Origin: Mustelus asterias
Taxonomy: Eukaryota
Direction: 5' to 3'
Length of the DNA: 64,000 nucleotides
Assembly (NCBI RefSeq): GCF_964213995.1
Contig: NC_135821.1
Span: 54,064,001 to 54,128,000 of the forward strand
The position numbers and the translations under genes are program-made. The notes under the pieces are model-generated. The model did not search any database. It was not told where the DNA came from and saw nothing but the letters and a program-made list of their open reading frames with translations. Below, piece after piece: positions 1-12,500 of the stretch. Position 1 is the stretch's first letter. Each line of letters begins with the position of its first letter.

Positions 1-478
1 TCTGAAATGTAATCTTCCAGTAAACGGAAGAGATGAAAATCACAGGTTACAATACTCAAATGAATTCAAAACTTTTCTAATCAAGTCAAACACATGTTGG
101 AAATACGAACATACGAATTAGGAGGCCGCCGCCACTCGGCCCTTTGGATCTGCTCTACCATTCAGTATCATGGCGAATAACCTCAACCCCACATTCCCAC
201 CTACTCCCAATAACCTTTCAAGCCCTTGTTAGGTCATTCAATAATGTATTAGCTGTACCTTAAAAACATTCAAAGATTCTGCTTCCATTGGCTTGTGTAG
301 AGTTTCATGGACTTAATGATCCTCAGAGAAAGAAATTCTCATCTATTTTAAATGAATGATCCCATATTTTTAAACAGTCACCCCTAGTCCTAGATTCTAA
401 TATACTTTAGAAATGTAACCAAAGGAGTAGCTGCGATTCAGGAAAAGGAGGAGAGAGAGAAATCTTTGTAATGCTCAC

Positions 479-567
479 AGTTTGCGTTTCATGAGAACTT
501 CCCGGGCCATCTGCTCCTCCTCATCTTCCTCCTTCTCATCATCTTCCTCTTCACCACTTTTCTCATC
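479..567 (-). CDS. CLSPN: CLSPN exon 19 ([10 protein letters not shown]...MKRKL)
   Basis: Acidic; atcag acceptor, gtgagc donor. A probable next acceptor (atttcag) sits at positions 2-8. Confidence 0.85.
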
Positions 568-3500
568 CTGATTATAGAAAGTTGACGAATTAATCTTTTT
601 CACATCACCAATTTGAAAAAACAAAAATACCACATGACTTTAATTACATCATATTCTCCAGAGAAATTAATCAGATGTGACGTGTTTAGCATATCAGAAG
701 CGACACAAATTCCTCTGGCAGCAATATTACCTTCAATTCTGGTAGACTGCCCCTAACTAAACCAGTGTGAACTGTTCCGTTCATTTGATCAGGTACTCTT
801 ACAGCATCTAGGCAGGGCTGCCAATTTATAGTTAGTTAGCTTTTGTGCTTTGGTCTCTGTTTCTCCTCTACATCCCCACCACCCACCCCCATGTGAACAA
901 AGTGGTCTCAATCGTTCACAATTTTCACCTCTCCATCCTGCATATTTCTGCAGAAACACACCATTACACCAACAGGAAATTACTGTCTTGGACTGCGTTT
1001 ATCCCACCTGCCCAGGAATGTTATGGTTCAGCTCAAACTCAACACAGTATATCGTAAGTAAAGTCTGTTTATTACCATTGCTGAAGGTTGTATTTGAACC
1101 TACAATGTTGCTGACAAGGTCCAGTACATAATCAGTATAACTAGTGAGAGGTCCCAAAATCATTCTTCAAGTGTACATTCCCTCACCTCACTCTGAAAAA
1201 CTTCATCGTCCGTCAGCAACTGAAATTGGTTGTCGTCATTTTCTTCATCATCTTCCCTAAGTAGAGATTTAAAAAATACTTAAGATGCATGTTTCATTCA
1301 AGAATAATATTCCAGCTCATTAGAAAAGGATTCCTGATCTATACAACATTGTGATTGGATCACGATGTTGCTTTGCAGAATTGAAGTTTTGTCTTACTTG
1401 TCTGTTGGAAAAGAGCCCGAGCAAAGTGCAAGCACCTCAGTCATTAGATCATCTGATGCATTGGTTGTTGCTTTTTGTTGCTTTGCAGCAGAAGAGATGG
1501 AACATGAGGATTCTGCTACAGAGAAGCAAGAAATTAAAATTATCAGATTCATTTTGGTGACATTAATTTTACTAGGAAGCTACTTCAAATGTATATTTGG
1601 CCAGTCTACGTTGTGAAATAAGGATAAAGACAGGAACATGCAATCTCCCGACCCTCTCAAAACACATCCACAGAATATAAAAAGAGGACAATTAAAATTT
1701 ATATATAACAAAAACCACCAGTACCTGGAGATACAAACTTGCCAGAACAAAGTCCAAGCAACTCATCGATATTTTCCTCTTTTTCTTTGTTCTTTTCCTT
1801 TAGTGTATCAAGATTTTGAGATTTAAATTCTCCTGAACAAAAACCCAGCAACTCCCCCATGTTCGCATCCATTGCATTCTCATCCATATTATCCAGGAGC
1901 AGTTGACGTTTTGATAACTGCCACTTGTTACTGCGATGACCAACATTCAAAAACCTACAATTTTTAAAAAAAGAAATCAAAGTTTATTTACAAGTTGCGC
2001 TGGTTCTTAATTTTATTACTAATTTGAAGTTTTAAAATACATCAATCCTCCATGCATATTACAGCAGGCAAACTGGAAAAATACATTCATTAATACACAG
2101 CGAGAAATACATTAAAGTAGCCCAATATTTATTTGGGGAAAGCAACTTAAAAAGTTCTACACAATAGTAAAATACTCAAGTTCTTCAATAATGCTGCTTC
2201 AGCACTCATCATATAGAACGCTACAATTTTTGCAACTGTGAAAGATGTAGGCCCCTAACTTCCGGTGGAGCGACAATTGAGTCGGATTGCCATTCCGTTC
2301 ATAATTACATAGCTTGAAATCCAGCTGATTCTATCTCGCCCCGATCTTCCAACTCAGGCCGGGCAAGAGCTGTGCAGCACAGCTGGTTTTAATTCTAACT
2401 TTTTTTCTTAGTAACTATTGCTGTACGAGTAAGAACCATCCAAAGTTTGCGATTTGAAACGCATTTTCGGATGGTTCCCAGTGCAGAGCAATTGACCAAA
2501 GGAAGCTTGAACTTTGTGGATAATTGCCGTGCAATCTTTCTCTGGGAACTTGCAGGGGAATTCCGTAGGGCATCTTTGGGATCATCCCTCCCAGGTACAC
2601 TGCCCTGGAGCTCGGAAGTTACAACTTCCAGTGGCAAATATAATTGTATGGTCAGAGCAGAGAAAGAAATTATAGTAATTTTCTCTCAAGTTATTATTCC
2701 CATTACCTCAGACATCTAATAGATCCAACTTACCCATCTGCATCTAGTAACTGACTTTGTGTTTCATCTTCAAGAGAGAACCTGAACTGAGATTCACCAG
2801 TTGAGTTCTTCGGTTCTGGAGATGTATTGTATAAATCTTGTGAATCCTCTACAGGCATTGAGGGCTCAGATAGCTTCCCAGAGCTCTGTTGGTATGAAAG
2901 ATGCATGGACATGATTTTTGGCAATTTATACAGTAGTTTTCCTATATAGTGTCCGGTTTGTCACCTGAAATGTCAGAGTAGAAAACACTTGTGGCAAACT
3001 ATTCATGACCATCTTTTGAATCTAGCTGGCAAATTTTCTCTGTTTACCGCCAAATGTACAGTATTCAATTCCACCTATATTTATAGGTGGTCAACTTTTT
3101 ATTACCTTTTTGTGTTGGTCTCTCCAATCACCAACAGCAAATTGTTCTTCAGGCAAGATAGGTACAAAGGCCCAAGTCTTGAAAATGTACCTCAAAACTG
3201 CTGCCATTGGAGCTACCAATATTTACACTAAAGCCAGTACTTGAATCCAAGACATCAATAGTTTGTTTTAAAATTGAAATCTCAAGTTTTGCAATTTAAG
3301 CGTACCTTAGATGCTGAACTCATGAAGCTGGTTTTGAACTGACTGTTTGGATTAAAGAGGTTAGGTGATGGTGATCTGAATCCTCCCAGTAGAGCACCTC
3401 CAAATCTGCCTGGCTGTTTGTTACATGGTTGGTATGAGGGAATCATTGACCCGATTAGCTCAAAGCTACTGTTGTGACTATTCTCCTTGGTCGTTGAGGC

Positions 3501-6500
3501 CTGTGAAGTGGAATCATCTTCATCTGAAACACATATTAAATTGTTTAAGCGATATACAATAACGACTATCAATTCTAAGCCAAAACTGCCCTGTCACTTC
3601 TGAAAACATCTTGATCACTAATCAGCCACTGTTTCAGGCAAGCAAAGTTTCTCCTAAATTTAAAAACTATAACAAAAAGTACATTTAGCTACCATTGGCA
3701 ATTCAAAGTTTCAGACATCAGTTTCTGTGGAAACTTGCACTTAGCAAGAAGCAGGGGTTCACAAAATCATCAGGCCCAGGTCACCTGTTTTACAGCATAA
3801 CGGTAAAATAAACTAGTTTGGTCATTGTTAGAATTGCCTCATTGTCTGTGCTAGGAAAGAGAACACGTGAGAAAAAAAATCTTGATTACAATTTGACAAC
3901 TTTGTCTGAAAAGGAGTTCCACAGAGGGGTTTAGGTGTTGCTGGGCTAACTCCTAACAGTTGACATGTTATCAATACTGACCATTCACAGTAGTACAAAT
4001 CATCAGTTTGCAGAGATAGCTGCAATCTATCATAAAGTGCAGTTGCACAGAAGCCAATTTTGTTCTCCCAAAAATCAAAAACCCATATCAAGTTGAATGC
4101 CACCTGATCAAAAACAAAGGGCTAAAAGCTTTCCTTCTCTTCTGTACACCTTAAAAATTACTTTTGAATAAATAAATAGGAGAGTACAGTGGCACAATGG
4201 TTAGCACTGCTGCCTCAGTGCCAGGGACCCGGATTTGATTCCAGCCTTGGACGACCGTGTGGTGAGTTTGCACGTTCGCCCCATGTCTGTGTGGGTTTCC
4301 TCTGGGTGTTCCAGTTTCCTTATGATAGTCTGATAATTTGAGAGATCTTTTTAACAACAACAGATCATCAAAAACAAACTAAAATTACCAAGTTTGCTAT
4401 TCCCTTTGGGTGGCGTTTGTTGAAGTTGTAGCCTCAATTTGTTGCCAGAAGTCTGTTCTCTGAAAGATATTACAACAACTCTAGATTAGTTAAACAAAGT
4501 ACATTTATTAGTCATTGTTACACATATACGTCACTAAGATTTGATTTAGCATTCCACCAGAACTATCTTAGGGGACAGCCTCAACTTCTAACTAATTTGA
4601 TTAGTCAGGAGCGCAATGAACTTGAAAACGTCAGGCAGAGAATGTCATCTCAGAGTTTCTCTCCATCTCACACAGTTAACTAAATCCAAAACTCACTATC
4701 CAGTGTTTGAATGCTCTGACATTCTACAAACTCTACACCGGTCAATATATCATAGATACTGTATCTATACAAAGATATTCTTGGGAGACCAGACTGGCTA
4801 TAAATATAGGGCAGGATTCTCCGGCCATTAACGGCAGTGAGATCCTCTGGTTCTGCTGAAGTAAATGGAGATTTGGCTGAGCGTCAAATTTTCTGGCCTC
4901 GCTTGCAGCGGTGTTGGGCCGTGAACAGCCGAAGAATTCTTGCTATTGTCTCAATTCAAATCAGTTATTAACCCCCACCTAACTTACCGATTTAACTAAG
5001 GCACAGTAACAAATGTACTTTAACATATATCAGTTTTCACAACTAACACAAAATGCATTTTTGACAAGCTCAAGTACAAACTTTTAAGAACAAGATAAAT
5101 TGTGGACAAAACAGACAGATAGAAACGGAAATATTTCAAAGGATCACATAATCTTTAATACATATGCATTTAATTCTAGGGCACCCTATTGTTTAAAGCA
5201 CCAGAGAATGAATCAAGCCGAAATATCTTTAAATTACCCAAATTTAAAGGAGGAAGCAGTCGCAGATTTTAAGGACCGTGAACATTCTAAAGCAGCAGGT
5301 TTTGGTATTGGTGTAGATTCCTTTTGGATTACAAGATCCTGATCTGAAATAAAACATCAGAAGGTCAGTGCGAGATGTAATTTTGGTTACACATGATAAA
5401 TGAAACTGTATAAGTAACTAGAGATGATCAGGTGCCCACCGGCACATTTTCAAAGCTGAATTTAGTAAGTTTAACCACTTTCTGTAAATTAACACCTTAA
5501 TCATTCCATTTACTGGAATACTGGAACCTTTTTATAATAAAGGTTTGGAATAAGTGCAATACTATGTATAAATTCAAACACAAAAGCTTTCTTGGGTCAA
5601 GGCATCAGCTTTAGGAAACTCTGCAACGAGGGGTCCTGAACCTTTGCCCCGTATAAAGTTGAAAGGCGGATAATGGTGATTCCACGATATACATGGGATT
5701 TCCATAGAAATCTCACTTGAATTACTAATGATTTAAAAAAAATCCTTATTTCACACAAGTCTTCATGTCAAAATACTGAGCACGTTACACATCCATTAGT
5801 TAAATGTTTGTCTCACTGCAGAGCCTACAGTGCCACAATCTGCATAAACTGCAATAAAGCATGGAAAAACCACAAGCAGCTATTGCAAACTAGATATTCA
5901 ATATTTTACACTAAACAATAACATTCTGGTAAGCTTACTTCTACTGAGTTTCTCATGAGCTGAAAAACTGAACAGAAATGAATCCCAGGACATTTAAGAG
6001 CTAGTCAGACCAGAATACCAGTATTGACGACTCCACCCTGTTAAACTGTAGATTTATTACAACAAATCTCTATCAAAAAGTTGCTACCCCCCCGAATTTA
6101 TCATGCCTGACATGCCCAAGACCTCCTCTTTCTCCCTTTCTCATAGCTCAGTGGTAAGAGTAGCTAGTGGCACTGAACATACAGATCAGAGTTGCCCCAC
6201 ACAGTCACAGGCTTGTGTCAAGTCACGTAATTCATAAACCAATCCTTATATATCTGAAGTCATTTTAAGAAACAAGCTTGCTTCTTAAATACACAGCACA
6301 TTGATTCAATTTTGATAGGGTTTCACTTACTCTGTGCTGTATCAGTAGATTGAGTGTCATCATCTGCTTCTGCCCCAGCCTCCTCCCCATCACCAAGCAG
6401 GAATTCTACAGTCTAAGACAAATGCAAAAGCAAGTGTCAATCTAAATGAAATGTAACAGGACTTGACAAATACAGACCATGCCACAGGCCAACCAAAGCA

Positions 6501-9500
6501 TTTAAATATGTTTAATCATCCTGTTTGTGCATAATTCCCATTCCAACTAATGTTTACTCCCTCCATTTTACTCTATTTTGATGCCTCAGACATTCAACTG
6601 TTCCAAAGAATTCGGAGTATTTCCAGTCCTTTTAAGGCAAGCAGCGAGAAGAGTTGCTCTGGGATGTATGAACACCTCACCTGACACCTTGCTACAAAAT
6701 ACATCAACAGACTGGACAGAACTTGAGTGATGGTCCTTGCAACAGGAAAGTAAAATAAACCCAATTTACAGGGGATATCTTGTTTATATCAACACAAATG
6801 GGAAAATACTTTGTACAGGAAGTGCTCTCCTTTCAGTTTCCCCCTCACCAGTATTTCAACTGACGTCAAATTAAAATGGTTTAAAAGATTATACCTCAGG
6901 GTTGTCATCTTCTTCAGACTCTGTTAGTTCTTCTTCCTCGTCCTCTTCATTCTCAAAGCCCTGCTCATTATCAAGCTTATACAATGCTTGCCGTTTCTGA
7001 CGCTCTTCCATGCGACGCAATTTCATGGCTTCCTGGAGTTTGGCTTTCAAAACTTGAAGTTTTTCACCTGTACAGTGCAACAGAGAGGCAACCGGAAAAT
7101 ACAAGATTTTAAATGTACAGCAGTAGATAACTAAAATATCTTAATTTTGCACCATAAAATTTGGTTGACAAATGGACTAGCCTCTTACGCTCTTTACAAT
7201 TTTAAGGCCTAGGATCATAGAAACCTGATCCAGGAGTTGCCATGACCCTTGATTATTTGGCCTGCTTTCTGGTGTATAACTCTATTTAGTGAAAACCAAG
7301 AACAGATATTGCTGGTACAAGGTATAGTTTTCACATACAATGCAGTTTTAACTTTACATCCAGCTACTCCGATTGCCAACAAATCTTACTATTGGCGCTT
7401 TTAAGAAATTCTCCCTTCATTTCTTCCCACCACGCGCCAAACCCCGCAAGCTGCTATTCATTTAGCCCAACTAAAAGCTTTGATCCGCAACCAGATCAGA
7501 AATATCATATTAAACTCTAACAATGGGATCAATTTAACACATTCAAACTCACCATGAATAATGGAGGCAAGTGATACTGTAAGTCTGTAAAAATCAAGTA
7601 ACTATGATGTACAATGAAAGGGAATAGATTGGAAATTAGTGCCTCAGAATTAGTGGACACCTTGCAGCGATTATTGTCCATTTAGCCACCCAATTCATTA
7701 ATTTCAAATGCTTTACTGAATTTGACTACAACTACCATTTAGCACTCTAGGCACAGACCTCATGGCCAGAGGAGCGATTGGTAATAGTTGCAGATCTAGA
7801 CTAAAACTCCATGCTGGAACCACCCCTCTGCCATAGTGCTCTCTCTGATTCGCCAACATCACCCACCTACCCAGCCCTCGCACCAGTTTTTTCCACCAGA
7901 GTTGGTGACCCTGCCAGAGCAAACGGTTGAGGAGAGAAAGACAGGTGACGGTAGCTTAGCAAAAATGTCAGGTTTGTGGACGTGGCTGGTTCTCGGATAG
8001 CCGGATTTGAGGCATTGTACAGGATGGATACTGAGTGGATGTTCCCCCTTGATTAGAGACACCAGAGCTAGGGGACGTAGTTTTAAAAAAGGGTAACCAA
8101 TTTAAAATGGAAATGAGAACTTATTTCTCAGTGGGTTGGTAGCCTGTGGAATTCTCTTCTCCGGAGAGCAGTGCAGGCAAGGCCATTGAAAATTATAAAG
8201 TCAAAGTTAGTTGGCTTCTTGATTGACAAGGAAGTCAAAACATATAGTGGACAGACAGGAAAGTGGAGTTGATACCACAATCAGATCAGCGGTGATGTTA
8301 TCAAATGACAGAGCAAGCCAAGTGGCCTACCCATGCTCATAATTCATATATATCTCTTATCACTGAAACACTTGCCTGGCTTTGTAGGACCAAATTCCTC
8401 CACTTCTTTTGTGCCCAGGGTTACAGCTACTGAATCTGCTATAAGTTCTTCCTTTCCATCAGTGCAAGTTTTCCGAATAATATTAAGCTCTATATGGCGC
8501 TCTTGGTTCTGTTTTACAGGCTTGATGCTATGTTTCAGAAAGCGCTCCTTTAATGCTTGAAGCTCTGAATAGAAAGAAAAGCCATCTTTACATGGACATT
8601 GGACATGTTGTACTAACAGCACAAGCTTTTCAAAATTTGCTTTCACTGAGCAGGATTTGCTTGGCCAATTTAACAAAAACGCTTTGAAATACTCGGTTAA
8701 CACGCATGTGAAAGTTATAAAACTGGAATAAGATTAAATCTGAAACCATATTTTCAAAGACACAGATTTAAGGTAATTGGCAAAGAACAAGAAACAGGAT
8801 GAATAGATTTGTGTTCTGAAGATTTGGACTGGACAGCCTAAAAGGATGGTGAATGCTATTATTGAATCTACTTCCAAGGGGAAATTAAATATTAGAAGGA
8901 AAAATTTCACAGCCCCAAAGGGAAAGGGACTAATTGGATAGCTCTTTCAAAGGGTTAGCACAAGCACAATGGTTTGAATGGCCTCCCTCTGTGCTGTATC
9001 ATTGCATGACTCAGATCTGTAATTTCAAATCACTGTCGTCACATAGCTGACATGTAGCATTCATTTGAATGGTCCTGGATTCATTCATTCCAGCCAGACA
9101 ATTAAAGAGTGACTAAATATTCAACATTTCTTGCTTTTCTCAAATAGCTCTTGGCACCACATACTTTACAAGTGCTCAACTCTCCAAAACGACTCAGTTA
9201 AAAGATGCTCAAAAAATGATCCAGTACTGATTTTCTGAACGTGCCTTCCTTCTGGTGAGAGAAACAGCTCCAGTTAATGGCTTATTGTGATCATGAATTT
9301 GAGATGGTATTTGAGATCATATTGCAGCACTGCTACCTAAATGTGCTTCTGTTACACCACCAAAATCAACAGCAATTTCTGGAGTTTCCACACGTGCAGT
9401 TAAACATGGAAATCCGAAAGCTGCTGTCGACTGATTCTATGCTTCACTGTCGGGTGCACTTTTGAAGACTGCCCACCACATCCCCACCCCCAACAGAGGC

Positions 9501-12500
9501 TGCAGTCAATTAGAAATCAATGAACTAATGAAAACTTGCCTTTATATGCTGTTTGTCTCACTGTAAATATCATCTTCTTACAGATGTAACTGGAAATTCA
9601 TTGTTACTGATGAATAGCATCACTTGCTCCGAAAGATTAGTTTAATGTGTGATAAAATTCATATTTTTAGAATATATTTAAACATTTTTGATATTCAGCT
9701 TCTACCTTATCCAATTTGGTTGTCCCAATCACTTGTTTTACTTCCTGTAAAATTTTAATTAGGAGTGAAAATTACTTCCTGGTTTGCTATCTATGGGAAT
9801 ACTTCAGTGTGACTGGCTGTTTACCCTGCTTAATGAATATCCCTGCTGGATGCATGAAGATCCCCTTAATTTGGCGTCAGATTCAAATCATTGTCAGAAA
9901 AAGGGGAAATTCATGCCACAGAGATTGCCAAATTATTGCGTGCAACTTTCTTTCTTCAAGGACAGAGGGGCAAATTACTTCGCTGCTGAACATAAAATAT
10001 AGGGTAATCTTTTTGTTTCATGTCCCTCAGCATAAAATGCCCGCCGGCTTAAAATTCAATACTACTTAGTAAATAGCATCTGAGAAAGACAACCTTTGTT
10101 TTCTTTGGGCTCTTCCAGGTTTACAAATGTACCCTCATCTGCACAAAGGCGAGGTTTCAATGTCAGGTCCACGCCCAGCACCCGTAATTTATCCAATTTG
10201 GATTTCCGATGCCTGGTTATTGAAGTTGCCTCCAACTGTTTTTGCTCTTCCACTGTCACGTTTGGTGCATCATTGGAGAGTTTCACCACAGCATCAGGTA
10301 TTACTTTAACAAGCTCGACATGAGAATTCTCGTGCATAGTTATTAGTCCGTCACTGGACCCAGTTTCCTCAGATAGTTCCAAACAAAAATAGTGGTCAGG
10401 TTTGATGTTAGGTTCAGTATCTACAGAGTCTCTTTCTTTGCTATCCAGGTCTGTGGAAATATCAGGTTGTTCTATTGCCTCAACAGGTCCTTTGTTCTTT
10501 TCCATCTGAATTTCACTTCCAGCTGGATTAGGACAAGTATTTTCTTTATTATTTGAATCGTTTAAATTGGGTTCTTCTATTTCTGGAATCGCTGCAGTTG
10601 CGACATTTTCATTGTTAAGAACCAATTGATCAAGTAGTCCATGATCTTGAGGAACGACATTTAATATTTCAGTCTCTGTTGTGGAATCTGAGGTTTTCTG
10701 CAGCGAGCAGGGCTGGTATTTAGACGATCTGAAAGAAAATTGTGCATAGTTTTGCCACGATCAAAAACAAACTTCAGTCAAAGAAACAATTTCAAACAGG
10801 GACAGTTTAGAAATAAAGCATACATCTACAAAGAATATTTTTGCTAATGAAATAATGCAAGTTGGGCAAGTCCTGGAAATTTAATTATGCTTTGCAAAAC
10901 TTCAGAACAGAATGAAGCAATTACTCCAGGAGTAAAACATACTTTGTGGCCGATGTTGTGCAATAACAAGTAAATTCTATAACTGTTTTACCAGAGCAAA
11001 ATTGAGGGTACAGCTTATATCCTTACACGTGGCTTTTTTCTCATTCTTGTTTAGTATAGCTCATTTCTTGCATTATTTAAGTAATGCACAAAGAGCTTTT
11101 TAATACAGCAAATGGGAGAAAGGGTACTTGCATATTTTAACTGTTACCTTGAAAAATACAGTGGCTTTATTTTTGGGACTTGGCAAAGATGGAGAGGGTT
11201 GATCCAAATGTGCTTACTTCTAATTACATTATAGCGAGGCATAAATACAGTGATAAAAAAGTCCATTAGTATTGTTGGCAGCAGTAGACGAGGAGGAAAA
11301 AAAATGCAGAATCCAGAAATTTGAAAGATCCAAATATTGAGTTTTCCTGTTTGTTCTTCTCAGAGACATTTTAAAATCTAGCTCACTGAAAATCGCAAGA
11401 CCCTTTCAAATTGTTCTGGCAGTATAGTTATTTTCCCCATCCTAGTTACATTTATTTAAAAGTTTTTACAGAATGTGGGCATCGCTGGCTGGGCCAGCAT
11501 TTATTGCCCATCCCTAACTGCCCTCTATTTCAGAGGGCATTTGAGAGTCAACCACAGCCAGGTGAGGATGGCAGATTTCCTTCTCTAAAAAGAAATTAAT
11601 GGACCAGATGGGTTTTTACAACAAATCGACAATGGTTTCACGATCATTAGACTTTTAAACGGAATTCAAATTTCACCATGGTGGGATTCGAACCCAGGTC
11701 CCCAGAGCATTCTCCTGGGGCTCTGAATTGCCAGTCCAGGGATAATTCCACTGCCTCCCCAGAGAATTAAAAGACATATTAGCATCCAATTATGATTTTA
11801 TTTTACTCCTGAACCCCCATTTAGGAACAAAAACTTGCACTTATGCAACACGTTGCAGGTCCTTCGCAACTAATAGAGATGTTGCCACTGTAGTGTGGGG
11901 AGATGTGACAGCCAAATCTCTCTCAGCCAGTGAACTTTCATTAGTGCCACGAGCTGTTTCATATTCACCTGAACAAGCAGATAGGACCTTTTTTTTTCCC
12001 ATCTCAACATTGCCAACAGGGTAGCACATTCTCAGTTCTGCGCTGAAGTGTCAGATCAGATAATGCACGAGGTGTTCACGATGTGCTTCAGACACATATG
12101 ATCTTTTCTGAATCAGAGATGAGCATGCTATCACTGTGCTAAGGCTGACACATTATGACAGACTCCTGAAACTTCTGCATTGAAATCGACACATTTTATT
12201 GTAATTACACCTAAAAAGTAATCAACTGTGAAGCACTTTGCAATGCCCAAAGGAAATAAGGCACCATATAAAACAAATTATTTCCTTTAACCAGCGATCG
12301 AGCATACTTAATGAACTCTAGAAATTCGAATCACTTGTCAGGAGAATAAAAGATCTGCTGCAATAGAAATGTTCTGCTACATGGCAAATAAACATATATT
12401 ATATTATATATCTTATACACCAATGTAAAGCACATGACGACATCTAGCGGCAGAAAACAGTTACTACATGCACATTTTCTCCACTTCTTTGAATAAGTTT

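Noticed and set aside
9277-9465. Possible extra CLSPN exon in intron 8
   Set aside because: Exons 8 and 9 already join in phase and match claspin (ENK-ELQAL); no clean splice sites
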